NCBI GenBank assembly: GCA_002633005.1
Contig: NMRA01000853.1
Span: 1-64,000, forward strand
DNA length: 64,000 nucleotides
Origin: Phoronis australis
Lineage: Eukaryota; Animalia; Phoronida
Direction of reading: 5' to 3'
Both the position numbers and the translations under genes were made by a program. Numbering within the stretch: position 1 is the first letter of the stretch; each line of letters starts with the position of its first letter. The notes beneath the pieces were generated by a model. That model saw only the letters and a program-made list of their open reading frames with translations. It was not told where the DNA came from and did no database searches. Positions 13,501-28,500 of the stretch are shown here, one piece after another.

Positions 13501-16500
13501 GAGGTGGACTCTTAAGAGCCCCTATGGTCAGATGTTGGTACCTCGATCATCTATGCTATGTGCTCTGGGCTGACAGTCTACGAGCACCTCCTCGCCCTCC
13601 CCCCGTCGACACCTCACTCAAGTGGCGCCAGTTTCCACCCCCAACTGGTAGCTGTGTGATCCTCCAGTTAACAGATACCTGGTGCCTGCGTNGCTCCCCC
13701 CCCCCCCTTTCGGCAGGCGCCCAGCGGCACCTGACTCCCTTGCTATGATGCACAGTCAGTCACTAGGTACGTTTGCTATGAAGCCCAGACCGTTGTGTTG
13801 AACTGTGTTTAACTAAAATCTGTCATGAACTGAGTCATTTGTAAAATTGACTGGCATGAATTGTTTTGTCTTGACCTTGAATGTATGCCTTTTCACACCG
13901 TTAATGATCGCACTGTCAGAAATTAAAATTCATAGCAACTTGCAAGGATATTACAATATCAGCACAAAATTACTATGGGTTTTGACCGAGTTGAAGATTT
14001 TTTGGAATGAACAGAGGAACAAAACCCCCTAAGTGCCCCTGTTTCTATGCCAGTGGCTCTCACAACGAAGATAAAAAACACGGGTAAGGCAGATTCGGCT
14101 GGAAGTCGCGTCCACAGTCTCCATGTAAACAAACAGGGACGTCATCTAAAATTAAACGAAGCACGCATGCCAGCCACAATTTATGTAGATACTTTTTTAA
14201 TAAGCAACAATCATCAGTGTGGCTTTGACAGAATAGCAATTACTAGTCCTGTCTGCTATTTGTCTAAAGTACAAACTTTCTACGTCGTTTTTGCAAGCTA
14301 ATCACACGTTTCAAGAGGCCCCCTATTGGTGGTAGAGGCAACTGAGAACAGGCAAATAGGACGAAGTGCAGTTCGTGTAATGCTTCGTAAGCAAAAACTA
14401 CGGGAGAGGCAAGATTTTTTATTTTAGGTTATGAAGAGATTAGGAATGACTAAACAAATTATTATAAGGTCAATTTTAGAAAAGGTGCAATATGGCTGCT
14501 ACAGAGTGCCAAAATTGGCCGAAAATGGCTTCAGTGAAAACCTGCAAAATAGCCGTTTTTTCCGCAAAAAATTAAAGCATACAAATTTGAAACCGATTTT
14601 GAAAGGTATGCCATTAAATTATTCAGTCATAATCCTTTTTAAAAAACCGTATCACTCATTTATTTTCAGCTAGCTATACATGCTAGTAAAATATATTCAA
14701 ACATGTCTACTTTGGCGCCCAAATGGAGATACATGCCACAAAAACAAAGATAATGGATGAAAATTGTTAAAAAAAAGAATTTTCCTACATCTCACCAAAC
14801 CAAACTCATGTGTTAAGTCTCAAAAAATATGTGATTTTGGGTATAGACTCTACCTGTTGGTTTTTATATGGAGTCACTCTTACTGTGTTGATCGATGCGT
14901 TTTTGTCACGGTTGCCGAGACAAATCTTCAGCCACGGAGTCGTAGATGAAGACGCAATGCTTCGCGTAGTGCAAACACGACTGGAAAGTTTGTCTGTTAA
15001 GTCAAAGGACACTGTTGGTGCAGCTAAGCAAGACAACGTAATGACGCAAGTAGCTAGGCACAAGCAACAGGACTGGCTGGATAGAGTCGAGGATCTGAGA
15101 TAGAAGTCATACTTCGACAAACGACAGCTGAACAGGACTTCGTAATCTACGGCCATGGAGTAGTCATTCTCGAGAAATTCTGAGAGTATACATTAGAAGA
15201 GCTTCACGTGCCGCACTCGATCCGGAATAGTTGGGATGAAGGAAGTAGCGCGAAGTTACATGTGGTGGCCGAAGACGGACTCACACATTGAACACGTGGT
15301 AAGCCTATGTGACCTTTCCCAGCACTGTACAAAGCATCTGTATCTCTATAGGTGTGGCCTTGTAGTCGATGGTGCAGACTACGCGGAGAAAAACAAGAAG
15401 AGTGATATCGTTTTCTTGGACGTCTATACCAAGTAGCCAGAGATGAATTCAACGGCATCAACTGCTACTATCGGTGTCTTGGGAAGTTTATTCTCTCGAT
15501 ATGGGTTACCCAAACAACTAGTCAGCGACAACGAACCTCAGTTCAGTAGTGAAGAATTTGCGGAATTTCCGGAATCAAGTACATCAAACTTAGTTTGAGT
15601 TTGTGTGATTTAAGAAGCCCATAAATAACGTAGAAAATAAATCAGAAACTAAATAAGGCAATCCAGATCCTCCCAAGGATACTATTGTTTCACGAAATGT
15701 AGAATATACATGTAAATAGGTAAATGAAATAACAAGAATGGATCATTCTTGTTGTTTTATTTACCTATTTAAGAAGCCCACTAACGGCTCTTGTTGAATT
15801 ATCGTTCAACCAACTCACCTTCCATGTCTTTAAGGTGATCGACGCCCTCAACACATGGGTCACTGGGCGTGCGAGTTTTCTGAGATAAGAAATAAACGCA
15901 TTTAAAAAGCTGCGTATATCCGTTTAAAGCAGTAGAGTAGCCAGTCATCCTTCTGCATGAACCGCACGACCGTTCTCCGAAACAGCATTCTTTTTTACAT
16001 GATATATTCCTAATCTCAACCACCGCACCTGTCATATGCATCGTAAGGTAGCAATTTAAGAAAATTACACGACTTCCCTTTTCCTTTTGTTGATACTCGC
16101 ATGTCGTACACCAATGTTACGACGACTGTACAGTCTACACAAAACTTTAGATTTTTACGGCTTTCTAAGCTTTTTGGTTTGCCATTGTGGAAACATAGTT
16201 TTGATAGAATGTACCAAGCGAGTGCTCATAAGTCATGAATCTCGCCAAAAAGGATTGTTCATGACAAAAAATTGTTTTCTTGAGAAACTCGTGAGGAAAA
16301 ATGTGTCCATGACCGAGAAAAGAACGCCAGTGCAATTCACGCGGAAAAAATGGCTACCCTGAATAATAACAATCAACCGCGAAAGTAAAGGGTGCAGGCA
16401 TTCAAAAACAAGTTCAATTGACTGGCGGATACATAATACACAGTCGATGAGTACCTACCAGTCGAGGGTGACGCCAAACGTCTAACCCATTCACAACATC

Positions 16501-19500
16501 ATTTTTTGACAAAGGCTGTAGAACCCAGAGTCGAAAACGTATTAACTGGTAGGTAACTCATTTATCATGGTGCAGGAACTCACCTAATCAAACAAAACTA
16601 TAGTTATAATAATCTATATATCAAGTTAACAAATTGATGTGGATGCTGATGTAATGTGACAAAATTGGCCAGGAAGGTATTTGCATTTGAAGGCACAATC
16701 TCATCGGTTACAGCAGGGCACCTTACAAGCGAGGCTAATCTCAAGAAATATAAACGTATTTAACTAATAAAGTCTCTGACAAAAACCAACGGCCAAATTG
16801 GCGATTTTTATAGCTCTAGCCAAAGCTGCTTCAAAAATAATCCCAAAATGCATTTTTCGATTGTAAAAACGGTCATGGTTCTTTAAGAGCAGATGCCACT
16901 ATAATAAATTTCCATGTGATTTGTTAACAGCATTGTGGGAAATCAAAATGTTTCGTCGTTGCAACTGAGAATCTGAAAGAGTGAAAGGCAGCCTTAGATC
17001 CCATCAAACCGCTTACCTGAAAAACATCTTTTACACTGTTGTGATCTCTTAGGTAAAATCGTTTGTATGTCCCAACATATTCGTCGTGAAGCAATTTCGC
17101 CATCTCTGAAAATGAATATGAAAGTCATTCGTATTATATGTTTCGTGGAAAAGGTTGATGATTTAATTGTTGCCGATTATTATCCACGACACCCAACTTT
17201 GTACTCTTTCAAAAATTTCCGAATGATAAGGGCCCTAGAAAGAGCAAGACAATTTATTAAATCCCATCAAATAACTAAGGATTTTTAGAGGTTCTTATTT
17301 TGAAATTAACTGCACCAATAAGGATGTTTAAATTACTCAACTGTCGGAAAATACAAATCGTATGCAATTGTTAACCACTACACAGCACCAATTTATGTAG
17401 TAAGGTTTATAAAGTATAGGATTGGTTCTGCTTGTGGGGGAGTGGCGATGACAGATGGTAGCATCATTGGGTTCACCTTAGTACACAGTGTTTCTGATAT
17501 GTCGTGGAATCAACTCACACTAGTTTACTTGCTCTCGTATCACAAATGACACGTAGGGACTACCCAAGGAGCTCACAAGTCAAACGATTTGTCACACCAA
17601 ACTCGGACGTGTTATACACTGTATATTGGTGGAGTAGGCCTAATCGTATGTGACTTTTGATAGCGAAATATCATGCCGTAATGCACCCTACGATTTGTCA
17701 TATACGACAGTTGTAAAAGAATTGGACCGTGTAGACATGTGGTTAACTCGTACTTTTAAAGTTGCTTCTGTCGCACGGCCAGTACTTAAGGCAGTCTGAC
17801 ACCAGGCTTATGAAGATGCGGGGACCACGTTGTTGTTTAAGTTCCTTCACGCAGGCATCTCTAATTCCGTTGAGAATTTGATGTTTAATAGGTTCAATTG
17901 TTAAACCTGAAAAAGTTTGAAAGCTATTAGCCACAATCACATGACAGTGTTGCTTTAAGCGCTTGAAACCACCAATCTCATACCAAAAAGACCAAAAACA
18001 GCCACCACCCCACTAATCGATCAGCTATCAAATTAGAACACTCGCAGACACTAGCTGATGATGTATTAATTAGCCGATCTCGAATTACGAGAATTTATTG
18101 TATTGTCGATACGTAATACTTAGAAGCGGGGCAACCAATCACAGCAAAAGTCATTGTGTTTATTGTGAACAGTCGTCAGATATTGCTTCACGTTTTCCTG
18201 TGGTATATGGTACAATCAAGAATGGTGAGGCGATGCATTTGCTGGCTCGGTATCGTCACTAAGTAACGACACACTTATGTGTACGCATTGCTTTTAACTC
18301 ATAACCTGAAACGCCCAAAATTTCTAAATGAGTTTTATTCTTCAGTAAAAAAATCGTCAGTTCATTCCGAACACTAAAACCACTTAAAAACTTAGAAAAG
18401 TACGAACTTCTAGTTGTAAGTGGTGTAATTTCAAAAGCGTGTGTGCTTGATAAAGACAGTTCCTAAAGAGGGTATTATTGTCCCGACCTGCTGTTTCATA
18501 TGTTACCTTTGAACAGTGGTTCTTTCTTGACGAGTTCGAACAAGAGGACACCAAAACTGAAAGTAAATTTTTGTGTTTAATTTTTAGCTCCTCCCATTAT
18601 GATTATGGTAAACACATTTTTAACAACTAAAAATATAGGCTGATAGAAACCACATCTTTTTACTTAGCTATTATAGACCTAAAAACAAAAAGAATTCGCA
18701 AAGTATTAGAAAATGTAGTTATTGGGAAATTACCTCCACACGTCCGTTTCCGACGTGTTCTTCGGCATTTCTCGTTTAGCAATACTCGGTTTGAACATCT
18801 CGGGAGCCATGTGAGTTGGAGTTCCTTTAGCGACAGGAGAACCGGTCAAGTCGCTGGTGTACCCTTGAAGTGTGGACACGCCAAAGTCTCCAATCTAAGT
18901 GTGGTGAGTCATAAAATAATGCGCTGTCAGACAAATTGCTAGCAACACAAATCTGATTGCTACATAAATAATAGCTGACATAAACTTAATGATTTCATTG
19001 CTGTTGAACAAACTCTCGGTTACTTCACCTTAGCTTTAAATCTGTCACTAATTAAGATATTAGCCAGCTTCAGATCAGAATGGACCAGACTGGGAGTGTT
19101 ATTGTGCAGATACTGCATGGCGTCCGCCACGTCCGTCATCATCTCAACCTGAAACAAAGTAATTAGTCACATGCACCTGTCCATAAAAACTTCAACAGTT
19201 CGAAGCATTTTCAGTGAAATGCGTTGATTTTTTACGAGAATGTGTTTTCTTTGCTTTATTTTTGCAAAAATCTACGAGGGCAGTGTATTTCTACTTCCCC
19301 TACTATTGAACCACGTGAACTTCAGGTACCATCTTACTCGAAAGCTTACTAAAATAAAAGCCAGTGACTTAGCCTTATCTTAAGTACGCTTAAAATACTT
19401 TGGTTTCAGGCTTCAATCCGAGAGGAAAGTGGTCTCAGGAAATCGCTTGTCTCAATATTACTGACCTTGTGACTCGAACCTTCTCACAGAAAAAATGAAC

Positions 19501-22500
19501 CGTAAAGAGTTTGTGTGTATCACAACCCCTTGGCATTACATACCTGCATACCAACTGGAAAATTTGATCCGCGCCACTCCAATTCATTCATGAAATCCTT
19601 CAAGGAGCCATGCTCCAGATATTCCAGTACCAGACCGTATATACCCTTTCCACCGTCCAAAACGATGCCGTAAATCTTGACTATACTCTTGTGTTCTATT
19701 TCACACATTGCTCGCGCCTCCTTACACGCCAAGATCATCTGCTTGTCACTGAAATTGTTTTAGAAAACATTAGAACAGAAAAAATGAAAAATAGATGAAC
19801 ACCGCTAGTATTGTCTCATGGACACGGCGTCGTTGACGTGGTATATAATGAACGACCAATAGGCACGTCCTGCACTGCACGACTCTCACAATGTTACAAA
19901 TGTGTCAAGCTCTATCCCGGTTTCTCACACACAAATGTCACTGTCTCGGGATATCCTAGGTATTATGAAATCCATCATTACAATGTAGGCAAACTTTGAA
20001 TTACTCCAGTTTAGTTGCACAGCTGACCTCAAGGCAAACACACAAGTATTAGTGCTGGATGTGAAAATGCAGATAAAATCCTGATTGAAAGAGCACACAG
20101 GCTACAACGAGGACGAGGAGTAGAAAGGCCAGTGATAGTTAAGTTTAACAGCTACAAAGATAGAGACATGGTCCTGAGAACTGCTCGTCACCAACTCCGT
20201 GGTACCCAATCCAAAATATCTGAAGATTTCTCGCCAAAAATAAGGGAAAGCAGTAAGAAACTCGGTCCGTTCTGATGGAAGCAAAGACAAAGGGAAATCT
20301 AGTGCGAATGGACTACGACAAACTCACAATAAACGGAAAGGCTTATAAATATGACGACTCCACCAAAAACGTCATTGAGCTCGGATCGGGTCCGCGAAAT
20401 GAATAGGATTTAGGCTGAAGCCTACAGCTAAGAGTGAGTAGTTGGAACATAAATGGGTTAAAAAATAAGTTTAAAAGCAATGACATCACTGACTACATGA
20501 AGTCCTTCGATGTATTAGCACTTCAACAGACAGGGGCAGAAACAGAACAAGATTTCTCGTTAGACAGGTTTGTGTGTTTCAGCAAAGTAAGAACGAAAAG
20601 AAAACGTAGTATAAGGAACTCAGGTGGTGTGCTTATTTTTGTAAAAAACGAATTGTCTGGTTATGTAAATGAGGTGGCATCAGATTCGGAAAATATGATT
20701 TGGATAAAATTTGCTGCTGGTATGAATAAGCCACAACTATATTTAGGGAATGTTTATATTTCCCCTCAGGGTTCCAGGCAGATACCATCAAGTGAGTCTC
20801 AAGATAACGAGTGTAATAGTTATGGTCGGGAGTTACTGTACCTTTGTAAAAGCTGTAGAATTAGAATTTTAAACGGTCGCAGTGGTGGTGATAAAAATAC
20901 CGGTAAATTTACTTTTGTGAATACAAATGGAAGTAGTGTAGTGGACTATTTCATGGTCAGTGATGAAATTATTACATGTACCTCATTCATCGATTTTCAA
21001 GTCGGCGATCAAGTCGACTCCAATCATTTTCCGTTGGAAATGATTATAGATGGCGAAGTTTTGTTTAACTTGCAGGTAAACCGCAACAAAACACGGGAAT
21101 CCTACAGTGTCAATGGAACAATGAACAAATCAGCTATAATTTGGAAAGATGAAAACATAAATAATTATTTTGAAAACTTGCAGTTGAGTGAAGGCGGTGG
21201 CTGTCTGGAAAATATGATATTTACCCGGTTGTTATGTAACCGACTCCATTCATGGGCGGATACGAACAATATTGTGTGTGAGGCTCAAGCTGGTTTCAGG
21301 AAGGGGTATTCCACAGTGGATAACATGTTTATTCTAGATACACTACTTAACAAATATTTATTGAAACGTAGAGGCCGGTTCTATTGTCTTTTTGTTGACT
21401 TTAAAAAAGCATTCGACTGGGTTTGGCGAGAGGGTCTTAAGTATAAAATGTTTTGGAATATATGGAAAAATGCATAAAATTCTAAACAGTATGTATGAAA
21501 ATGTGAAGTCTTGAGTCTTGCTGAATGGGGATGGTTACGTAACCGATTTCTTCCAATGTACGATGGCTGTAAGACAAGGGTGTCAATTATCTCCCTTTCT
21601 CTTCTCGCTATTTATAAATGATTTGAAAAGTGATTTACAAAATGTGAAGGGCTCGTGTGTTAATATCGGAATATTGGATTTATATTTGTTGTTGTTTGCC
21701 GATGATTTGGTTCTCGTCGCTGAAACCGCCATTGCCATGCAAAGAATAATTACCAAACTCGAAGAATATTGTAATAAATGGAAGCTTCATGTGAATATGT
21801 CGAAGACAAAAATTATAGTCTTTAGAAAAGGGGGATACTTGAGAACTTATGAAAAGTGGAAATTATTTGTCGAAATTGTACAAACGACTTCAGAGTATAA
21901 TTATTTGGGTATCAAGTTTACTCCTAAAGGTGTATTTACGAAGGCGCAGAAAACGTTAGCTGACAAAGCGGCAAAGGCTATTTTTGTACTAAAAAGCACA
22001 TGTTAAAGTATAATGAAATTTCTGTGCAAATGTGGTTTAAAATGTTTGATACAAAAATATTACAGATCTTGTTATATGGTTCTGAGATTTGGGGATTTCA
22101 CCCCGCACAAGACATTGAAACCGTACAAAATAAATTTTGCAAATTTTGTTGGGACTTGGTCAGCATGTCTCGAGCGCTGCAGTGAAATAAATGTCTGAGC
22201 AAGACAGGTCTTGCTGGGCTCTAAATGTTAAACGATTGTTATTTCCTTATGGTTTTGGAGTTGTTTGGATACAACAAGGTGTGGGCGATGCTGCCTCGTT
22301 GATAAGTGAATTTAAACAACGATGCTTTGATATTGGCATCCAGGATTGGAGAAACAATATTTTTTCTCAATCTTTAGATGTTTACAAAACAAGTAAATGT
22401 AACTTTGTAGTAGAAAAATACGTAACATGTTTAGAAAATAGACTTCATAGAATAGCCCTTACAAGGTTTAGATGCTCCGCACATTCACTAATGATTATCC

Positions 22501-25500
22501 AGGGAAGGTTCAGTGGATTTGACAGCTAAGACAGATTATGTCCCTGCTGTGACAGTGGGAAAGTGAAAACGGAATTCAACTTTCTTCTCGAATGCAATTT
22601 ATATTTGGATTTACGAGTGCGGTTTTTACCACGGTACGATAAGGTGGAAGATATAGTGTTCAGAAATTTTCTACAGACTCATGACTTAAATGTTCTGAGA
22701 AAAGTTGCTAGATATTTAATTAATCCGGAGAAACGCCGAAACAAGTTCCTTGGTATGAATTAATTTAGACTTGAAAAATTATTGTACTCTCTTTGTGTTA
22801 TATATTGTAATTTGGGCCGGAGGCCTGTTACATGAAATAAACCTTAGGAGTGCCTTAGTCACCAGATGGCGAAACCTTTTCGTTCACGAGTTGGCTGACA
22901 TAGAACTGCCCACCAACATGGAAATCGACTACATATTTCGTGAGTTCGCTCGAAAATAGCTCGACAAAGAGACAATTGACGAGAATGAAACAGAAGCAGA
23001 GGAGGAAGTGGAGACAAAAGACTGTTTAATTAAGTGATAGACATTTTGTATAGCTGTTTAATTATGCTACGCATTTTCTACCTCTCCGACAATGGAGAGT
23101 TCAAACCAAAAGTGGTCTATGGTTTACTTTTGGATCTCTTTGGGTTATTACGTGGGGGTAATTATTTGGCATCCCAGAGAATGATATACCTATATCACAC
23201 AGGTGGCATTCATTCGTCAAATTTAAATTGAGTATTCTTCCCCGTCCCATGGCTCTAAGCGCCAAGGTCGGGTGTCAGCGTTTTCATTTGCTCATCCATT
23301 GGCATGAATAATCCTATCCGATGGTGTTTAACCATGCAACTCTATTTGACAAAGTGGTGCACCTGGTTATATCATCTGCATTCTGATTTTATTTATACAA
23401 TCATCAACTAATGAGCGTCCACTGGGGGATTGGAGTATCTACTGATTTCCCTATTTCTAATGACGTAGGCCTAAGTGAAAGTCATATTGTATTCCTTTAC
23501 TGTTGACAATGACGTCGATGACCTATGTGCCGTGTTAAACAATCTCTGTAAGCCTCGTTTTGGTTTCATTATTCCCCTTAAGAAAGTTAGACCACCTCTA
23601 ACAGCATACGGCCTTATTTCTTATTTATTTATTATTTATTTATTATTGTGATATTTAAAGTGAGGGTGGCCTCTTCAGTGATAGCACTGCTTTACAAGAG
23701 GGCCCTCAAGAAGAAAAACAGTAATATAATACAATGAAGTAATAAAACAACAATAAAATATACGTAACAAAGATACAATTAAAACAGGTTGAGAATTAAG
23801 ACATAAACAAAATGACAAATAATGGTAAAAATTTAACTAAGACAGATGAAATAAATTAAGAGATGACTCTAGACAGTGAGAGTATTTACGACAATGAAAA
23901 AATGACATCTTGATTAAGACAGGTAGGGCATAAATGGTTAGGTAAATTACAGCCACTTTTTAATATTTACTTCAAAGGTAGTGATAGAATTGGACCGTTT
24001 AATTTCTGGGATAAGAGAATTCCATATTATAGCAACTGCATAGATAAAAGATCTCTTGCCCGTCTCGGTTTTAATTTTGTTAAAAGAAAAAATTGCCAGC
24101 AACAGAAGAACGTGTAGAACATACAACTTGGCTGCTATTGAATTTACTGCTGAGATATGCTGGAGCCAAGTCATTGATACATCTGTACATACACCAGGCA
24201 GAGAGATATTTATTTCTTTGTCTTACTTTCATAAATCCCAGTTTGGAATACAAGTCGTCAACCCCAGTGTCCCCAATTCTAGTACCCAGGATAGCCCTGG
24301 CGGCTCTATTTTGGATTACTTGGACTTTGCTGACAAATGTGTCACTAGTGTGCCCCCAAACCGGTAAACAATAATCAATATGAGGCTGAATAATAGAATG
24401 GTAAAGGGTTTTAAGAGTACTGACATTAAGAAATTTGCCTAGACGTTTAAGTACACCGATTTTCTTTGATAATTTCTTTGTGATATGATCTATGTGCATA
24501 TTGAATTTAAGATTGGGATCTAAAATAAGGCCCCAGTACTTAAACTTGTCAACATTCTCGATGGGAGAACCGTTGATAGAAAGGGATAGTTTTTGTTGTT
24601 TTAACTTCTGGTGGGTTCCAAACAGCATCGACTTGGTTTTACTAACGTTAAGAGTGAGTTTACTTTGAATCAGCCAGTAATGGATAAGGGCTAGCTCATC
24701 GTTGAGAGAAGTTTCGAGTTCTTTTACTGATCCAGCTGTTGATATACATGTAATTGCAGTGTCATCAGCGTATAAAACTGGGGCACTGTTGTGGAGGACA
24801 GTAGGGAGGTCGTTAACAAAAATAGTGAATAATTGAGGGCCCAAAATGGAACCCTGAGGTACCCCCGTGATTACGGTTGAGTAGTCAGAAAGTATACCAC
24901 CGTATTTTGTGGCCTGTTTACGGTCGTATAAGTAGTTTCTAAACCAAAGGAGTTCGTTATCATTAACTCCATAAGACTCTAGTTTCTGCAGTAGGATACC
25001 ATAGTCCACAGAGTCAAAGACTTTCTTAAGGTCAATAAAGACAGCACCAGTAAGCCTCCCTGATCCATTTTATTAAAGATTAGCTCAGTAGTATGAATGT
25101 TTGTAGTAAGAGTGGAATGCAAGGGGCGGAAACCAGACTGTGCTGCCGAGAGAAGGGAATTTTGCTCCAGGAACTGGTGAAGCTGCTTTTGAACACACCT
25201 TTCAAGAATTTTTGACACTGCAGGGAGGACCGATATTGGTCTATAATTTTCGCAACTTGACTTTTCATCATCTTTAAAAACAGAAGTAACAACTGCCATC
25301 TTTCATTCTCTAGGAATTGTGGCCGTTTTTAAACTTAAATTCATGATATTGGTAAGGTGCTCAGCTATTTGTTGAGACGCCAGTTTTAATAGTTTGACAT
25401 CAATGCTATCGATGCCACTGGCACTACTAGAGTTCAGAGTTTTTGTTTGTTCTCGAACGTAGTCAACTTGAAACTTAAATGATATTCCCTCTTGTATCTT

Positions 25501-28500
25501 GGGCGGGAGCTCAATAGTTGACATACTGAAATTCTCAGCAAGTTTTTGGCCAATGCCAGTAAAAAAGTCATTAAATGCATTTGCTATTTTACTTTTGTCC
25601 GAAAAAACATCGTTTCCAATTAGAAATTCATTTCATAAATTACATGTTAATATTTTGATGACATTTCCACTAATTGACCTCTTACGGTGCATTATGAGAC
25701 CCATGAGGGAAAAATTGTAAACTCGATTAAAAGTGTGGTTAATGCTAAGAATCACAGATGTTTTACTTTAAGCACTTCAGAATACAAGATGAATGAATTT
25801 GTCAAACTTCCAGAAGAAAAATGCACCTAATGACTCCATGGGTGCACCAAATGACCTGAAAATTTAGAATTCAAACTCAATGCATTTACTAAACGGATGT
25901 GTAATTTTGAAGTCTCTAGCTCAAAATTTTAGTTTGCAATCAATGACCTTTGGCCTATTTTCTTCTGAATGGTTAGGCCTATTGCGTAGTAAAGTAGGGT
26001 GCATGTTGACCTACACCAGTGTGCTGAAATTGAAAAGTATTCCTTGAAAAATGTAGGAGATATAACATTTTTAACGTTAGATGACCTTTGCACTAATTGA
26101 CCCTATCCGGTGCATTATAAGCGTCTTTAGGAAAATTATTGGAAAGCCCGTGAAAAGTGTCAGTGTTTAATGCTGAGAATCACAGTTGTCTAAAGGTTGA
26201 CACATCGGAATACTTGCTGAATGAAAAGGACAAATTTTCTGAAGAAAAATGCACCTAATGACCCCATGGTTGCACTAAATGACCTGAAACTTTGTATTTC
26301 GAATTGAATTAGACGTAACAATCAGACGTGTGAATTTGAAGTGTCTAGCTCAAAATTTTAGTTTGTACCTAATGACCTTTGACCTGTTCTATCTGATTGG
26401 ATGATTCGATTACTTTGAAAAGTAATTTTTTAAAATTATCTTGTTGACTTATACCTGTGCACGGAATTTGAAAAAGATAGCTTTAAAACTGAAGAAGGAG
26501 TGGCATTTTGGAAATTATATGACCTTTACACCAAACGACCTCTTCCGATGCAATATAGAATATGAGTATATAACGAATCAAAATTCATGTTCTGTCAAAA
26601 TTCATATGCTGATTTTAAAGAACCTACATGTACCTGCTCCCAATTTGGAGTTATTAAGTGTCAAATTTGGTCGAAAGAAGAATAAGAAGAATGAAGAAAA
26701 CCCAGGAACAACAGTAGGCCTACTCTGCGCTTACACGCACAGAGTAATGATAATAATAATAATAAGAAGAAGGAAATTGAAGAAAACCCAGGAAGAACAG
26801 TACTCTGCGCTTGCACGCGCAGAGTAATTACCGTTGTTTTCATCTTTGTTATCTCTTTTCCAGTAAGAAACCGTTACATTTAAAACTGTTTCTTTTACCA
26901 GAGAAAACTTGTAACCTAACGCGCAAGTATATACATGTATGATGTGATCCGCCACTTGAACTGTCTGGTTGAAGTATTTAAAAAATGTGCCGAAAAAATG
27001 AACGAAACTTAGGAATTCGAAGCGTATGGGATAAATGCAAACGTACCTGGATTTGTCGTGGGATATTACTTCATCTACGCCACTCTCGGTACGGTTTGAG
27101 TATTTATGTCCCTTATATACGGTTCACTTACATGGTGAAAATTAAAGTCTACAACCTTGAACACGAGCACGTCGTAACCACAATGTTTTTCTCCAAGTGA
27201 ATGTGCTTCGCCACCTTAGGTAAGGTTTTCTTCAGCTTCATGTGTCCTTGTCTTGTTATTAAAGCAAAGCAATGAATGAATTAAATTATGAGCCGTTTTT
27301 TTTCGCTTTTCCGTTCGACTGTGCTGTTTCAGTAACAGCAGTCCGGAGACTTTATTCATTCGAATGCATTTAAAATGATCTGCCATTTATCGAGTAGGGT
27401 GTAGCTCCGCCAGCAGAGCGTTAGACTGTGACCGCGGGGTTTCCTTGCCGATAATGTCTCTTAAAGTCTTATCTAATCACTTTCGCGCCTCTGTTGCTTC
27501 TCCAAAATACACTTATAAAAATAACTTGCCATACGTCGAGCTCCTGTTTAGCGTACAAATAAATAGAAGTTAACTTGATAGTTCATATACATATATTATT
27601 TTCCTAGCACCAGTTTCTATTTATAGTAACACACTACTTTCATATTGCTACACCTAACCTATCCCTTATTGGTCAGTTTTCTTTAACTTTATTATGGTAG
27701 CATCCCTACACCATCTCATATACTTGTTCACAAAACGTGTTTAACAGTTCTTCAAATAGGCTAATAACATAACACGTCAAAAAATCCAAAAGAAAGATTT
27801 TTAATATTCCAGAAGTGCCCATTGCATGCCCAGCGGCTAGGTGTACTCAATTGAGTAGACATGGTTCTAGTTCCCATCTTAACTGCAGGGTCTCTTCTGA
27901 GGTTTCCATGAACGACCAGGAAAGAAAAGTAGACTGAGCAACCATTCGCTTGATGGTCACTTAGGAACTTTTATAATGCATGCTTTCAAGACTGACATTA
28001 TTGTAATATTCTTGTCATTTTAGGAATATATTTGCAACGAGGCAAGCACCCATGAAAACCTAACAATGTGTTACGACTAATTCACGCAAACAGGAAGTGC
28101 AATCCAAAACGAGGCTACGATAGCTCCGTTAATCGCACTGCTGTCTTCCCCGTTGCTTGAACTGCGACAGAAAAAACATGGACAATTAACTGTCTTTTTT
28201 GTAATCCCTAAAGACGTTGAGAATCAGAACCGTTGTGTCGTTGCCATACGCCGAGACGAAGGGAAATATTTTCGGATAATATTGATAAGTGTTTTCGAAA
28301 GTTTGATCACATTTTGTCGTATCTCGGTTGCCCAGAATTATAGCAACGACCGGTGAATCTTTGGCCAGCCAAGCTGTGTTTTCATAACGACAGGTTGAAA
28401 CACAATGGATTACGTTTCAAAAAAGACAGAGCCCACAATCCTTCTTGATTTTTGGGGCCGAATATCGGCCATATCCCCTCTGAAAAATATTGAAGAATGA

